Shown piece by piece: positions 27,755 to 40,929 of a DNA stretch of 64,000 bases; position 1 is the stretch's first letter, and each line of letters opens with the position of its first letter. Both the position numbers and the translations under genes were made by a program. This DNA comes from Vicugna vicugna (lineage: Eukaryota): NCBI GenBank assembly GCA_013265495.1, contig MU058463.1, forward strand, positions 4,176,244 to 4,240,243, given 5' to 3'. The notes beneath the pieces were generated by a model, which made no database searches, had not been told where the DNA came from, and worked only from the letters and a program-made list of their open reading frames with translations.

Positions 27755-28391
27755 CTGTGTAAAGACCATACAAGTATAAAAGCACTTGTGAAATGACCAC
27801 TGGTTCAGGAACCAGATGGGGGAAAGTGTGACCCCACAATGCAAACTGAATAGAACAGCTGTTCCTCTTCCACTATGTTATCATGTCTCCTCTGTGCCTC
27901 CTCAAACTCCCAGCTCTTATCCACTCTGGTATTGGCCACTGCAGCTCAGCTCAGACACAGCTTAGAATGAGGACGAGAAGCCTCCCCATCACAGACTCAA
28001 GAAGGAAGTCTGTGTACGTCACAGGTGATGAGAGGCTCAAATGGTGAGCTCACCTAGGAAAAGTATGTTCAACAGGGACTGGGCACGAAGAAGTGATTTC
28101 TGCCTGCCATACTCCTTCCTTGGGGCCTCCTCCTTTCTTTCTTTCCAGGGCCTGGGTACAGGAGTTGGGTTTGGATTTAGAATATTAAAAGGGATTAAAG
28201 CAACTGCTGTTATCATGGTCATGATCATAAATTCTGATGATTTTCTTTGACTACTCACTTTGAATATGCTAAGAGGAGCACCAACAAAATATGGTCTAAA
28301 ATCAGCCCTTAAAATAGTGATCATTCCATCAAATCCACTTAATAACCAAATCATTTAATTAACCAGTTATAAGAGCAAGATGCAGCCTTAC

Positions 28392-28557
28392 CATGTGTCC
28401 CAGGAGGTCTCCGTATTTAAATTCCCACACTGGGGCCTGTAACCGAAAGACTTCAATGACATCATCATCCTTCATCACAGGGATAGCGGAGCCAGTGGGA
28501 CAGAAAGTATATTTAGCTTGACAGTAAGGATCTGGTTCGGGACGGAAGGAAAAGCGT
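28392..28557 (-). CDS. CLN5: CLN5 exon 2 (absent from the ORF track in this frame)
   Basis: ttattag|[70 protein letters not shown]; 166 nt. Confidence 0.96.
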
Positions 28558-28605
28558 CTAATAAAGAAAAAGAAATCATTGACTTAGATTCTAATAGGAC
28601 TTTGG

Positions 28606-31600
28606 AGGGAGTGCTGAGAAGGCGGAGTAGAAGGAGGCATAGCTCACCCCCTCCCAGGTTTACACCGAAAATTACATCCACAGACTCATCCATTCGCAAA
28701 GAACACCTACTGAACCTTTGCAGAATACCTCTCACTCCAATATACAAGTAGATTCCTTACAAAAACCGGTAGGGGAGAAAAAAAAAGTAAAAGGAAGTGG
28801 GTGCAGGTCCTGTCCTGCAGGGAGGGAGCACCCAACAAGGAAAAGCGCCTCTGTACTGGGACGCCCCCCCCCTCCAGTGGGGAGGTCAGCAGGGACAGAC
28901 AGGGGGCTTCCAAAGCTCGGAGCTCGGAGGAGAAAACAGCAGCTGCTTGGCAGAGAGAACTGAGAGAAACCGGCACAAAGGGCCCCTGCGATCCCTAGCC
29001 CTAGACGCGATCCCTAGCCCTAGATGCGAGCCGGTAGGGAGCAGGCCAGGACTGGCTGCTGGGGCTGGGTGACAAGCCCCAGGAGAGGGTTGGGGCCTAC
29101 TGTGTAGAGGGGCTGGAGTGTGGCGCGGGCTGTGGCTGGGAGTGTGTGCAGAACAGAACAGCATGGGACCCCCATAAAAAGCAACACTGCTGGTGCGCAT
29201 GGTGGGGAGGGGCTCAATGCAGCTGCTCCATAGCTGCTATCTCCACTCGCTCGAGGGCCTCCTCAGCACCACTGTTGGTGGGCTCGGTCTTGTGAGAAGA
29301 GAGGTGGGGTTCGCTCAGTCATAGCCACCACAATCGCTGGTGCATAGCTCCTGGGTGGATGTGGGGCCCCACAACATCACAGGCTGGACTGAGACTTGTT
29401 TACAGACCCAGGCAGAGACCCTGGGATTGTGCCACTGGTAACTTTGTGGACCAGTGCCACTAAGACAAACGAGCAAGTTCCAGCACATGGAGGGGGCAGG
29501 TTTAGCATTTACAGCAAGCCTGAGTATCTTACGAGGAAAAGGGGCTGGCGAATGCAAAAAATGGAGAAATTACAACCAACACCACAGAAATACAAAAAAC
29601 CTTAAGACAATACTATGAACAACTGTAAGGCAACAGATTGGACAACCTATAAGAAATGGACAAGTTCCTAGAAACATACAGTCCACGAAGACTGAATCAG
29701 GAAGTAGATCACTTGAACAGACCAATCATTAGAAGTGAAATGGATTCAGCAATAAAAAAAAAAACCTCCCTGCAAACAAAAGTCCAGGACAAGATGGCTT
29801 CACTGGGGAGTTCTACCAAACATACAAAGAAAAACTCATAACGACCCTTCTCAAACTCTTCCGAAAGACTGAAGAGGAAGGAGTACTTCCAAACTCATTC
29901 TGTGACGCTACCATTACCCTGAAACCAAAATCAGACAATGACACTATCAAAAAAGAAAATTACAGGTCAATACTGTTGATGAACATAGATGCAAAAATCT
30001 TAAACAAAATATTAGCAAACAGAATCCAACAACACATAAAAAAGATCATATACCATGATCAAGTTGGATTCATCCCAGGGACACAACGATGATTCAACAT
30101 AAGCAAATCATCAATGTGATACACCATATCAACAAAGGGACAAAAATCACATGACCACCTCAACAGACACAGGAAAAGCATCTGATAAAAATCAACACCC
30201 ATTTATGATAAAACTCTTACCAAAGTGGGTACAGAGGGAAAATATTTCAACATAATAAAAGCTATTTAAGACAAACCCACAGTCAGTGTAGTGAAATAAT
30301 GAAAAGGTGAAAGCTTTCCCACTAAAATCTGGAACAAGACAAAGATGTCCATTCTCACCACTTCTATTCAACATAGTCTTGGAAGTCCTAGCCACAGCAA
30401 TCAGGAAAGAAAAAGAAATAAAAGGGATCCAAACTGGAAGAGAAGAGGTAAAACTGTCACTACATGTAGATGACATGACGCTATATATAGAAAACCCTAA
30501 AAACTCCACACAAAAACTACTAGAGCTGATAAAAGAATTCAGCAAGGTAGCCAGATACAAGATTAACATACAGACATCAGCTACATTTCTTTACTCTGAC
30601 AATGAAATATCAGAAAAAGAAAGCAAAGAAACAATCCCTTTTAAACTCGCATCCAAAAAAATAAAATACTTAGGAATACATCTGATCAAGGAGGTGAACA
30701 ACTTATATGCAGAGAACTACAAAACAATGATTAAGGAAATTAAAGATGACTTAAAGAAATGGCAAGATATCCCATGCTCTTGAATTGGAAGAGTAAATAT
30801 TGTGAAAATGGCCATTCTACCCAAAGCAATCTACAATTTAGTATGATCTCTATCAAATTACCTGGGACATTTTTCACAGAACTAGAACAAATAATCCTAA
30901 AATTTATATGGAATCACAAAAGACCCAGAATTGCCAAAGAATACTGAAGAAAAAGAATGAAGCTGGAGGAATAACTCTCCCAGACTTCAGACACCACCAC
31001 AGAGCTATAATAATCAAAACAGGGTGGTACTGGCACGAAAACAGACATACGGATCAATGGAGCAGAACAGAGAGCTGCAAAATAAACCCACAGACCTATG
31101 GTCAATTAATCTTAAACGCTGGAGAGGATGTGGGGAAAAAGGGAACCCTCCTACATTTGTGGTGGGAATGCAGTTTGGTGCAGCCATTATGGAAAACAGT
31201 ATGGAGATTCTTCAGAACAGCAAAAATAGACTTACCATATGATCCATCAATCCCACTCCTGGGCATGTATCAGAAGGAACACTATTTTGAAAAGATACAT
31301 GCACCCCAATGTTCATAACAGCACTAACAGCCAAGACAGGGAAACAACCTAAATGTCCATTGACAAAGCACTGGATAAATAATCTGTGGTATATTTATAC
31401 AATCCAGTACTACTCTGCCATAAACAATAAAATAATGCCATTTGCAGCAACATGGATGGATCTGGGGGTGGAAGGGCTGTATGGTGAAGTATGCCAGAAA
31501 GAGAAAGAAAAATACCATATGATAGCACTCGTATGTGGAATCTAAAAAAAAAGAAAAATGATGCTAATGAACTCATCTACAAAACAGAAATAGACTCTCA

Positions 31601-31876
31601 GACATAGTAAACAATCTTGTGGTTACTGAGGGGAAAGGGGATGGGAAAGGATAACTTGGGAGTTTGAGATTTGCAAATATTAACTACCATATACAAAACA
31701 GATAAAAAATAAATTTCTTCTGTATAGCACAGGGAACTATATTCAGTATCTTGTAATAACCTATAATGAAAAACAATATGAAAATGAGTATATGTATGCA
31801 TATGTATGACTGAAACATTATATTGCACACCAGAAATTGACACATTGTAACTGAGTATAGTTCAAGCAAAAAAAAA
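28606..31876 (+). mobile_element. L1 element B in CLN5 intron 1: 5' UTR fused to the RT-containing part of ORF2; ORF1 and EN deleted
   Basis: 5' UTR homologous to that of L1 A; RT motifs [21 protein letters not shown] and LHVDDM; poly(A) near 31868-31877; TSD ATTCTAATAGGACTTTGG (28588-28605) vs ATTCTGATAGGAATTTGG (31877-31894). Confidence 0.92.
28988..29025 (+). repeat. 19-bp tandem duplication in the L1 B 5' UTR
   Basis: GCGATCCCTAGCCCTAGAC followed by GCGATCCCTAGCCCTAGAT. Confidence 0.9.
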
Positions 31877-32717
31877 ATTCTGATAGGAATTTGGTTCTTG
31901 CACATTTTAGAATCCAGATTTTAATTTCACTGTCAATAACATTTTTAGAGAAAACATCCAAAGCTCAGCCCATAGTGTGTAATTATACATTTCAATTCTT
32001 ATCCTGTGAACAAACTCCAATGATGTCTTTAGTAGCAAATGATACATGAAAAGCACTGATAAATGCATGTTTCCCTATTTCCCTACTCCCACTGTGAGAA
32101 TTCTGAACACAGGGACCGTATCTGAAAATGTTTGCAGCTTCGCATCTTACTTAGTAGGTAAACATTTACTGAATAAAGGAATATTTTTCAAGTGATATTT
32201 AACTTCCCAAACAATCTATATGTTAAGATTATTCAAAGATAATCATGATTAAACAGAACATTTTTTTAGGAATTATCCAACATTCCCTTCAACCAGTATT
32301 TATTGAGGATCTACTATGACACTAGGAACGAGGGAAACAAAAATTAAAATGCTGTTCCCCTCCTCAGGGAGCTTCAGGTAGGACATGCAAGACATTAAAC
32401 AGTGACAGAGTGCAGTGTGGTAAGTGCTAAACCGAAGAAATACACACAATCCTGAGGGCACAGAAGAGGGAGAGATTGTTTTCACCTGGTGTGGGATGGG
32501 TGGGGGTGAGGAGGCAAAGAAAGAGAGGAAGGCTTCATTTAGACTTTTAAAATACTTTAGAAAAGTTAGTAGAGAAAAGGAGGGAAAACACTAAATACTC
32601 TTAAGATAAGCATGACACCCTGGAAGAGTCTCAAGTAGGTACATAAGACTGGATTCCAGCTTCAAGGCAGGAGTGGTGAGGGGACAGCTAGGCAGGGACT
32701 GTCATTTTGCCCTAATA

Positions 32718-33034
32718 AGGCACACCTGGGAGATGGTGTGGCTGAGGTTCCAGGCCACCACAATAAATCGATTATCCCTATAAAGTGAATCACGTGAATT
32801 TTTTAGTTTCCCAGTGCATAGAAAAATTATGTTTACATTATACTGTGGTCTACTAAGCGTGCAACAGCATTATGCCTTAAAAAAAAAACCACTGCGCATA
32901 CCTTATTTAAAAAACACTTCATTGCTAAAAAAAAATGCTAACCATCACCTGACCACACAGGGTTGTCACAAATCTTCAGTTTGTAAAAAACACAGTATCT
33001 GAAAAGTGCAAAAAAAAAAAATGAGGTATGCCTG
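32718..33034. mobile_element. Tigger1-derived non-autonomous DNA transposon
   Basis: Ends aggcacacctgggagat...gaggtatgcctg resemble the Tigger1 TIRs; internal gttccaggccaccacaataaa. Confidence 0.7.
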
Positions 33035-33856
33035 CACAACATGAAGGGCACCCCCTGGAGTCCCACAACTGGGGAGGGCTGAGCCCTGGAGGCGGCCTAA
33101 AGGATCTGAAGTAGCAGATGTGATACAACTGAATTTGCTCTAAAATAAGCCTTATTTTATGAATTAGAAGAGGGTGGGGAGAGAGGCCAAATTATGGCTG
33201 AGAGGTCAGTGAGGAGGTCACAGCAACCATGTAAGAAGGGAAGAAGGGGCTGAGAAGGTCATGGCTGTAGGACTCGGGGGTGGAAGGGCCGTATGGTGAA
33301 GTCAGCTCAGCAGACGCTCAGTACACACCTTTCATATTTGGCACTGGGAGAGAAAGATGGAAGAGAAAAAAGCTGCCTTGATCCTCTAAGAATCCTAGAT
33401 CTCTAAAGCTTCAGCCAGGTCTACTGTTTTACAATCCTAACACGTCAACAGAAATACCTATTTTAATTTAAGAAGGTAACAAACTCTTGATGTCAGACAA
33501 AAATATTAACAACTCTCCTGAAAGTTTACAAGACTTGGGTATACTTACCTGTTTTATAGGTGCTTACCTGGTTTAAACAAATACCTAAATTATACATAGG
33601 TTTTACTCGTCCAAAGCAAAATTTATTTTTAAGTCAAAGGTAATTTCACAAGTATAATTTCAGTGTGAATTTAATAAAATTAAATTTTACTCTGTTCAGC
33701 TAAAGGGATCAGATGAAGGCATGCAGTTAACACATCATACACTAATACTGTATCCAGGTTTCATAAGAACTGGCATTTACTAGATTTAATCCCCCCAACA
33801 AACCTGAAGGAACTACTGTTCCTACTCTGCCTCAGGACATGTGGGCACAGAGACAA

Positions 33857-34347
33857 TGAGCAAGGACTCAAATAAAACACAAGACCTAGAAGTTGAGACT
33901 TATGTTATATTTGGTGGGCAATTCTGAGGACTTGAACCCCTTGAGCCTGGGATGACAGCCTCTCAGACCGCTCTGAGGGACTACTGTGAAGAGGGAGGGG
34001 GGAAGACAGGATATACAGGAGGTTTTACAACAAAGACCAGGTAGTCAGAACATCGAAAGATTACTGTTAAAGAAAGCCAACAGCTCAAGTTAAGGAATTT
34101 GGCACTTTTCTATGTATGGCAAGGCACAAAGGTATGGGCTCATTAAAATCATTCCTTTGATATGTACCTAGCTATCTAGGGCCAGTATCCTGTTAGTCCA
34201 AATCCTGAGTTCCCTGAGAGTGCACTGCTGGGGGTGGCTGCGGAGGCCAGGCTGCCTGTCTGCATTCTGAGTTGGTGGTAGCAGCTAACGACTTAATGGC
34301 CAGAGCATTTTTTGTTCAGATTTAGCTTACAACACCTTTCACTCACA
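33857..34347. mobile_element. ERV solo LTR interrupting a MIR
   Basis: TG...CA termini; the flanks gggcacagaga and taagtaaccttcccaag rejoin as a MIR core. Confidence 0.6.
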
Positions 34348-34949
34348 TAAGTAACCTTCCCAAGATATCACACCTAGTGATGGTGGAGCCCAGAACTTGA
34401 TACCGACCACTAGGTTATCCTTCCTCCCAACTCACTATTTTGTCATCCAAAATAGTTGGGCATCTTCAAAAGTTGCTGGCCTTTCCCCTGCCTGATGTCC
34501 ACACGGTGTTTTCTTTCCCTCTGCTTAGCCATCTCTGATAATGAGGCCGTGTCAAAGGCTCAAATATGCTTCAGATGTGTAGTCTCCGTCCTCAGCTTAT
34601 TAACAGCGTCCTAACTCCAAGTTGAAGACAGTGGACAAATGAGGTCACCAACCCAGAAGGCGAGGAGGGGAGGGGATTCCCTGGACGCCGCACTTTATCG
34701 CTAAAAGCCGGAAGTTCCAGGCAAACGCAGGTGAGCTGGGTAAGCTGGAAATGCAGTAAGCAAATGTGATACACTCAAGATAACTAATGACAGCTCATGA
34801 TATAAATAATAGATAAAGGTCTCCCCAAAGTATTCAAAGAGTCAGTTATCTGTATCCGAAAGTCATGCGATGAAATTACATTACTCCCCACTTCTTCCAT
34901 CATTCGGAACAGCCCTGAGCCAAGTAACCACCTCGTAACTGCCTCAAGG

Positions 34950-35770
34950 ACCCCTGGAGAAAGAAAGATCCCAGCGCGGTGCGCAACAAGTAGCCGAGAC
35001 TCCGGAACTCGCCACTGGGTTCCACGCTCCGCCCTCAGTGCCGCCGGGCGCCGCCCCCAAATGATCTCGCGATCGGGACACGAACCCCAGCTCCCCGGCA
35101 CTTTGCCCGGCCAATCCCGGCCGGGCGTGCGCGCGCCCCGCCGCGCCGTGTCCGCGCACTCACTTGTAGGGCACCGGCCAATGGCGCTGAGAGGAGCCGT
35201 CCGCCGCCGCCGCGACCAGACAGAGCAGCGCCGGGGCCCAGCGCCAAGGTGCGCGCCTCCAGACCACGTCTGCGCCCCGTCGCCCCCCGGCCCCCAGGCC
35301 GGCGTTCCTCGCCTGCTCCATGCCGCGGTTCCCGGCACTTCCAGCGCCTTCTGAGCCCCGCGCTGGCTGAGGGTCGGCGAGCCGAGAATGCGCAGAGCCA
35401 CGCCCCCGCGCGAAGCTGGGACCCGGACGGCGGGCCCGCCCTCTGCCCAGCGCGCGCGCGCGCGCCGCGGCGCGGGATGCAGTCCTCGCGGGACGCCGTC
35501 CCGAGCGTGAGGGGGCGAGCGACGGCTTCTTGCGCGGCCGGGTTCTTTCTCCCCAACCCCGCGCCGTGCGGGCTTGCGACTTCCGGACTTGGCCGACCCG
35601 GAAGGCACTCCTGTCCAGCTCCCCCGAGCACTGCACCCAGACCGTAGGCCGCCTTTTCCTCTAACTCATAATGCCGAGTTTTTCCGGTCTCGCGTCTCAG
35701 TTTAAAGAAGCCACTTATTTGAAATTTCTGCTGACATTCACGCCCTTGCCTCCGCCCCAATCACCGCCAA
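34950..35770 (-). promoter_or_regulatory. CLN5: CpG island / CLN5 promoter
   Basis: Very GC- and CpG-rich; ETS-type CCGGAAG motifs near 35579-35604; GC boxes. Confidence 0.85.
35164..35321 (-). CDS. CLN5: CLN5 exon 1 (signal region)
   Basis: ATG at 35321; MEQARNAG...WAPALLCLVAAAADGSSQRHWPVPYK; AA|GTGAGT donor; spliced total 1062 nt, i.e. 353 aa. Confidence 0.9.
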
Positions 35771-38276
35771 AACCAAACAGAAAATCCAGCTTTGGGTTCC
35801 TTTGGATTCTCTAGCACCGAACTCTTACCTCGCTCCTCCCTCAGGGCCCAGACTAGTGGGTGACAACATTTGAGTGAAGGAGAATATTGGGGGGAGATGA
35901 GTGCAATGAAGAAAACAATAATGGGGGAGTGACTGCCTCACCCGCGTGAGCCAGTGATGACAGTGGCCACAGGCTAACATCACACAGGTCAGTCTACCAC
36001 TCTTGAGCGCAGTTAATTACGCCCACGCACTTACCCCCAGTTGTTGTTCCTTGTCGGAATCTACCACTTTAGTTGGAAAGAAGATTCTACATTACTCTGC
36101 CTTCTTTGACCCTTAAGCCACCTCAAGGGAACAGTAGGATCAACTGCCCAGCTTCTGATGAGACACTCATAGCCTGCCATGCTCTTACACACCGGGGTTG
36201 ACATTTGTCTTTAAACAGTACATCAAAGGCGTGGTCACTCGCAATCACTTGTTTTACAAGAGAGCAGCCTGCAAAACTCCTAGACCAGGGCTTTCCAAAG
36301 CCTTCAGTTCACCAACAACACGAGGGAACCATTATAATATTTGTAAGTATATTGGAATGAGCATATTGGGTGGTTGTGATAGCCAGAGGTAACCACCATG
36401 ACCCGTGGGGTGGGGGGCGTCACTGGCTTCCTTAGGCCTGCCAATTAGGAGACTAGACACTAGAGGGCCACAGTGGAACTTTCCGTCCTGCTCAGGGTTT
36501 CCCAGAGCTACAAGAACAAGCCCTGTCGAGCTTGGTTAGTGGTGGAGATCTCCCCTCCATGGGCAGGAAACTCTAATGGTGAGAAAGTGTTTCCTCGAAT
36601 TAGACCTAACTCAGCCTCACCGTAGTTCCCGTCAGCTCTGCTCTGCTTCTGCCTTCTGTTCCTCTTGCTATGACCTCAGTACTCCAGGCTAAGGATGTTT
36701 CTAGACTCTTGTTGCCGGATCCCTCCTCCTGCTGGTTATTTCTCTCTAGTCTGAGGTTTTTAAACCTTGAAGTCCCAACAATAGACTGACTTTTAATCCG
36801 GTTGGTTTCCCTTGGCTCCTTTTCCAACTATCCTAAGACCACTATAGTCGAACTTCAGTCCAGTAAAACCAGGTTTGTGAACTGTTGAGTTGTGGGAGAT
36901 TGCACACAGAGGAACTGTGTGGCATCTCCCCAAAGGAAAAGACAGAGTTATAGGAGTCTGAGGTCGAGTGGAATTTAGGTGAAATTTAAGTGAGCAGCAT
37001 TTCAGTAGGCTCAAAGCAACGTTGCCTATCAACACACAGTCAATGTGCAGTCTAGACAACAAAGTGGACCCAGGGTTCCATTTCCTTGGAAACTAGTTAA
37101 AACAGAGGTGGAGTTTTGTGTCTTGAAACCCCTTATTGGGAGCTCTGCCCCTGGGTTGTAAAGGTTGTAAATTGAGGCTGCTTATCTGTGTCAAGGGACT
37201 GAGATTCTTTAGGCAAAGTTGGACTATTTCATTCTTACTGATGTAATTTCAAACAGCAAAGACTCTCTAAATCTTTAATTTTACAGAACAAATTTTCTCA
37301 GTGAGTCATAAAGCAGAAGGTGGTTATCATACTTTACAGATCTACTGTGTTTGGGGAGAAATACTGTTTTATGTTAATTCTGCAACTTTTTAAACCTTTT
37401 ATTCCAGGCTCATGAATGGCAGGGCAGATTTTTACAGTCCAAGCTAATTCTTACTTTCTCCCTTATGATGAAATAAGAATTTATATTTTAAGCAAGACAA
37501 GAAAAAGTTAAACATAAAAATTTTCTCTGCCCATTTGGTGTGCACTGTGCATCTGCCTTATGGGTTAACCAGACCTCCTTAATGGCAGACACACCTGTTC
37601 AACCATAAAGACCAATTTTAATTCTTCTAGTATCAGCCATGTTAACTCATTAGAAGACATTCCTTTCTTAATCCTGTAAGGGGTCACGATGAACCACCAC
37701 TCGCTTTGTACGCGCAGACGTCTTGGGTGAACTTTGTGTACAATGCCAATGGATCATTTCCCTTAAAGGTCGGGATTGGTGAGAAACATACTGGTCAGCC
37801 GACCTGGGGAGGTAAAGGGCTGCACCTAATGGAAGTTCTTAGCTTAAATACTTACTTATAACCTTATTAATATTACTAGCTGTAGTACATGTATTCTCCC
37901 TATTTTACAAGATTATTGTTTCTTGCATTACCAAATGTGTGACTGAGACTCAGATAAAATTAATGATGATTATGTGATTTGAAATGATTGGTAAAATATG
38001 CAATTCTGTAAGATCAACGATTGTAATCATGTAACTCTAGATCTGGGAAGAAGCAACAAGATGCCATGTCCTGGACCATAACAGAGTAGTTAGACAGGTA
38101 GTCCAGAGTCTTTCGGTTACCGTTAGCAGGGCCTAGTCCACTAATAGCACATTGAGTGACCTATCAGCAGAATCCTCGCCTGACCTGGGCATGAGCATCC
38201 CTCAGCACTTTGGGATAAATTGGTCGTGGAATGCCTCCCAAACCTTGGTTGAAATTAAGAATGAAAAGGAAGGGAC

Positions 38277-38756
38277 TGTAAAATAAAGAATGTGGCCTAC
38301 CATCCAGCTCTGCAAGAATCAGGTCATTACCCACTGCAGTCCCTGACCAGTCGCAGTCCACCCTGAAAGGAGTTCAGGGTGAAGATGAGGATCAGGCACT
38401 TTATGCTCTGGGAAAACTGACAGAACTGGCCCTGAGAGAGAGAGAGAGAGAGAGTTTTCAGGAGAAAAATTTTTATAAACCTGGATTCTTGCATCTTCCC
38501 ATACTTAGAAAAAAGCACTGAAACCATTATCTATGATATCTGTTCTTCATGACTAGCAGTAACCTTCTACCAAGATGCGAACTTGACTGCACAGACCTGC
38601 TTCGCCAGAATCAGATACCTACCTCCCCTCTTAACCTCCTCAGGACAGTTCTCAGAGCTCTCTGAGAGACTGCCTCCTGAGCTATGATCCAGTTTGGCTC
38701 CAATAGATTGTCAATTTCTTTCTCAAACTGACTGTTGATTAGTTTTTCCATTGACA
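38277..38756 (+). mobile_element. ERV LTR preceded by a polypurine tract; further ERV-like sequence at about 37500-38276
   Basis: gaaaaggaagggac PPT then TGTAAA...TTGACA; contains (GA)n at about 38434-38455. Confidence 0.6.
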
Positions 38757-40564
38757 CATAATCCAATGTCAATATTCAAAACCCAGTGTTAATATTACTT
38801 TAGATACTAAAAAACCATTTGTCTGAGAAGAGGTTTAACCAGGCTGCCAAAGAGGTCCATGGAACACAAAGAAAGGTTAAGAACCCCTGCCCTGGACTCA
38901 GTAATTTTCTGCACTAAGTTTAATGCCAGTGGTTAATGGTATCTTGATGTTAATCAAAGCATTAACAGTCCCCCCCCCCGACCCACCCAAAGCTAGTGAA
39001 ACTTGGGTACACATATCTGTTTTACAGGTGATTAACTGGCTTAAACAAATACAATCAACCACATATAGGTCCTACTTTCAGATTTTTATTGGCAGTTTCA
39101 CTTACCTCCAGCATAGTTTATTTTAGGTTAAAGATAATTTAACAGTATAATTTATTGTGAATTTAACGAAGTTAAAAATTATATTCAGTTGAAGAAATTA
39201 GAGGGATTATCTACTTATTATGTGACACTTTAAAACAAACTATGGAGCTACAGTTAACACCCCACCTTAATCCTAAATCAAGCAATTTTGAATTTACATT
39301 CTTTTACTTGTTATGTTAAATCTTTTAAACAATTCTCTACAATCTTGTAGTTATTTATTGAATATATTTTCTACTCCTGTCTTGGACGTTTTGTTAATTT
39401 TCTCAAGAATATTAAGCCAGCTTCAGAACAAAAACTTTTTTGTAAATGTATTTCAAGCAAAAGGAAGCAGTGCCTACCATTCAGTGAGCAGAAATACACT
39501 ATTATGAAGGTTTTAACACAGCTGACATTGACTATATTTAATCCTCCCACCAGCCCTATGAAAATGGTGCCACTTCCACTTTCAGACTGAGGAAATGTAG
39601 ACGCAGAGATACTGAGTAACTTTCCCAGCATCACACAAGGTAGAACCCCAGGAGGTAGAACCAGAACCTGCTCCCACCACCAGGTTACCCTGCTTCTCAA
39701 GTTGAATAATACTCTCTCCCTCCTCCTTCCCCTGTTCCTCCTTAGCCTCAATGATGTGGGCAGATACATCTGTGTTTTCACAGGCATCTGATCTTTCCTC
39801 CGCCTGATGTTGGTACCATGTACACTTCCTCTTTCTAAATTTGTGTGTCACTGACAGTCTTAGGCAATATCAATGTCTTACTGGATCAAGGTTAGAATCA
39901 GCCTCATAGGTCTGCACTCTTTCATCCATGGCTTATGACCAGCATCCTGCCGCCAGGCTAAGAAATGTAGATTTCTTCTTGAAAGTGGATGCAGTGCCTT
40001 ATTTAGCACCTGGGACATAACAAGAGCTTAGTAAAGTTTTGTTGGAGGAAGATAGGGCTAATAACTTTAAGATCTAATAGGAGAAGTAGAGATGTAATTG
40101 ATGGAGATTGCAGATTTCATCCTTTAATATGAGGCTAAATTTCTTCCACGTATTGGGTCAGTATATGAAGTTGTATAAAAGAAACTCAGGGAGCATCCTA
40201 GCTAAACAAAGTAAATGCATTACTTGCTATTTCTTTCCTGCGATAATGGAAGAAAACTAGGTTACATATATGGATATTGGACTTTCTAAAAACTTGCTAC
40301 ATTTGTGAAATGCAAAATATCACGAGGAGCTTTACATCCTAGCCAAGACTGCCTCCTTTCATTGCTCTTCATTACAGCCTATGCTCTATCTGGACATCAC
40401 CCTTCCCATTGTAAGTGTCCTAAAAAATTATCTGTCCTTCTGCTCTGATGCAGATGAAATGGTGCAATGGGACTTCTCATTCAGTTTTCTCTGTCAAAAC
40501 ACCACTTCGACTTCCAGCTTTAGAGCTGAGCATTTCAAAAAAAAAATCTATTGTACACAATGAA

Positions 40565-40865
40565 AAAAAATTGTTAATTGAAGTATAGTTGATTTACAAT
40601 ATTGTGTTAGTTTCAGGCATACAGCAAAGTGATTCAGTTATATATATATATATTTTTCACATTATTTTCCATTAGGTTATTACGAGATATTGAATGTAGT
40701 TCCCTGTGCTATCAGTAAATCCTTGTTGCTTATCTATTTTATATATAGTAGTTTGTATTTGTTAATTCCGTACTCCTAGTTTACCCCTCTCCCCATCCCT
40801 TCCTCCTTCGGTAACCATAAATTTGTTTGCCATGCCTGTGAGTCTCCGTTTTGTATATGGATTTA
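40565..40865 (-). mobile_element. L1 3'-end fragment
   Basis: aattgaagtatagttgatttacaat...gttccctgtgctat reverse-strand L1 3' UTR. Confidence 0.75.
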
Positions 40866-40929
40866 CTTGAATTATTGAAAAATTTTAATTAAAATGTTAC
40901 TGTATGTAAATATTTATGTCCTCTCTCTC

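Noticed and set aside
30307..30783. 158-aa reverse-transcriptase ORF as a functional or novel RT system
   Set aside because: Fragment of a decayed L1 ORF2 with stops and frameshifts on both sides; the catalytic motif has eroded to HVDD.
34784..35760. Long overlapping ORFs (274, 241 and 132 aa) in the CLN5 CpG island
   Set aside because: Low-complexity Arg/Gly/Ala/Pro products expected from GC-rich, stop-poor DNA; only the frame ending HWPVPYK matches CLN5.
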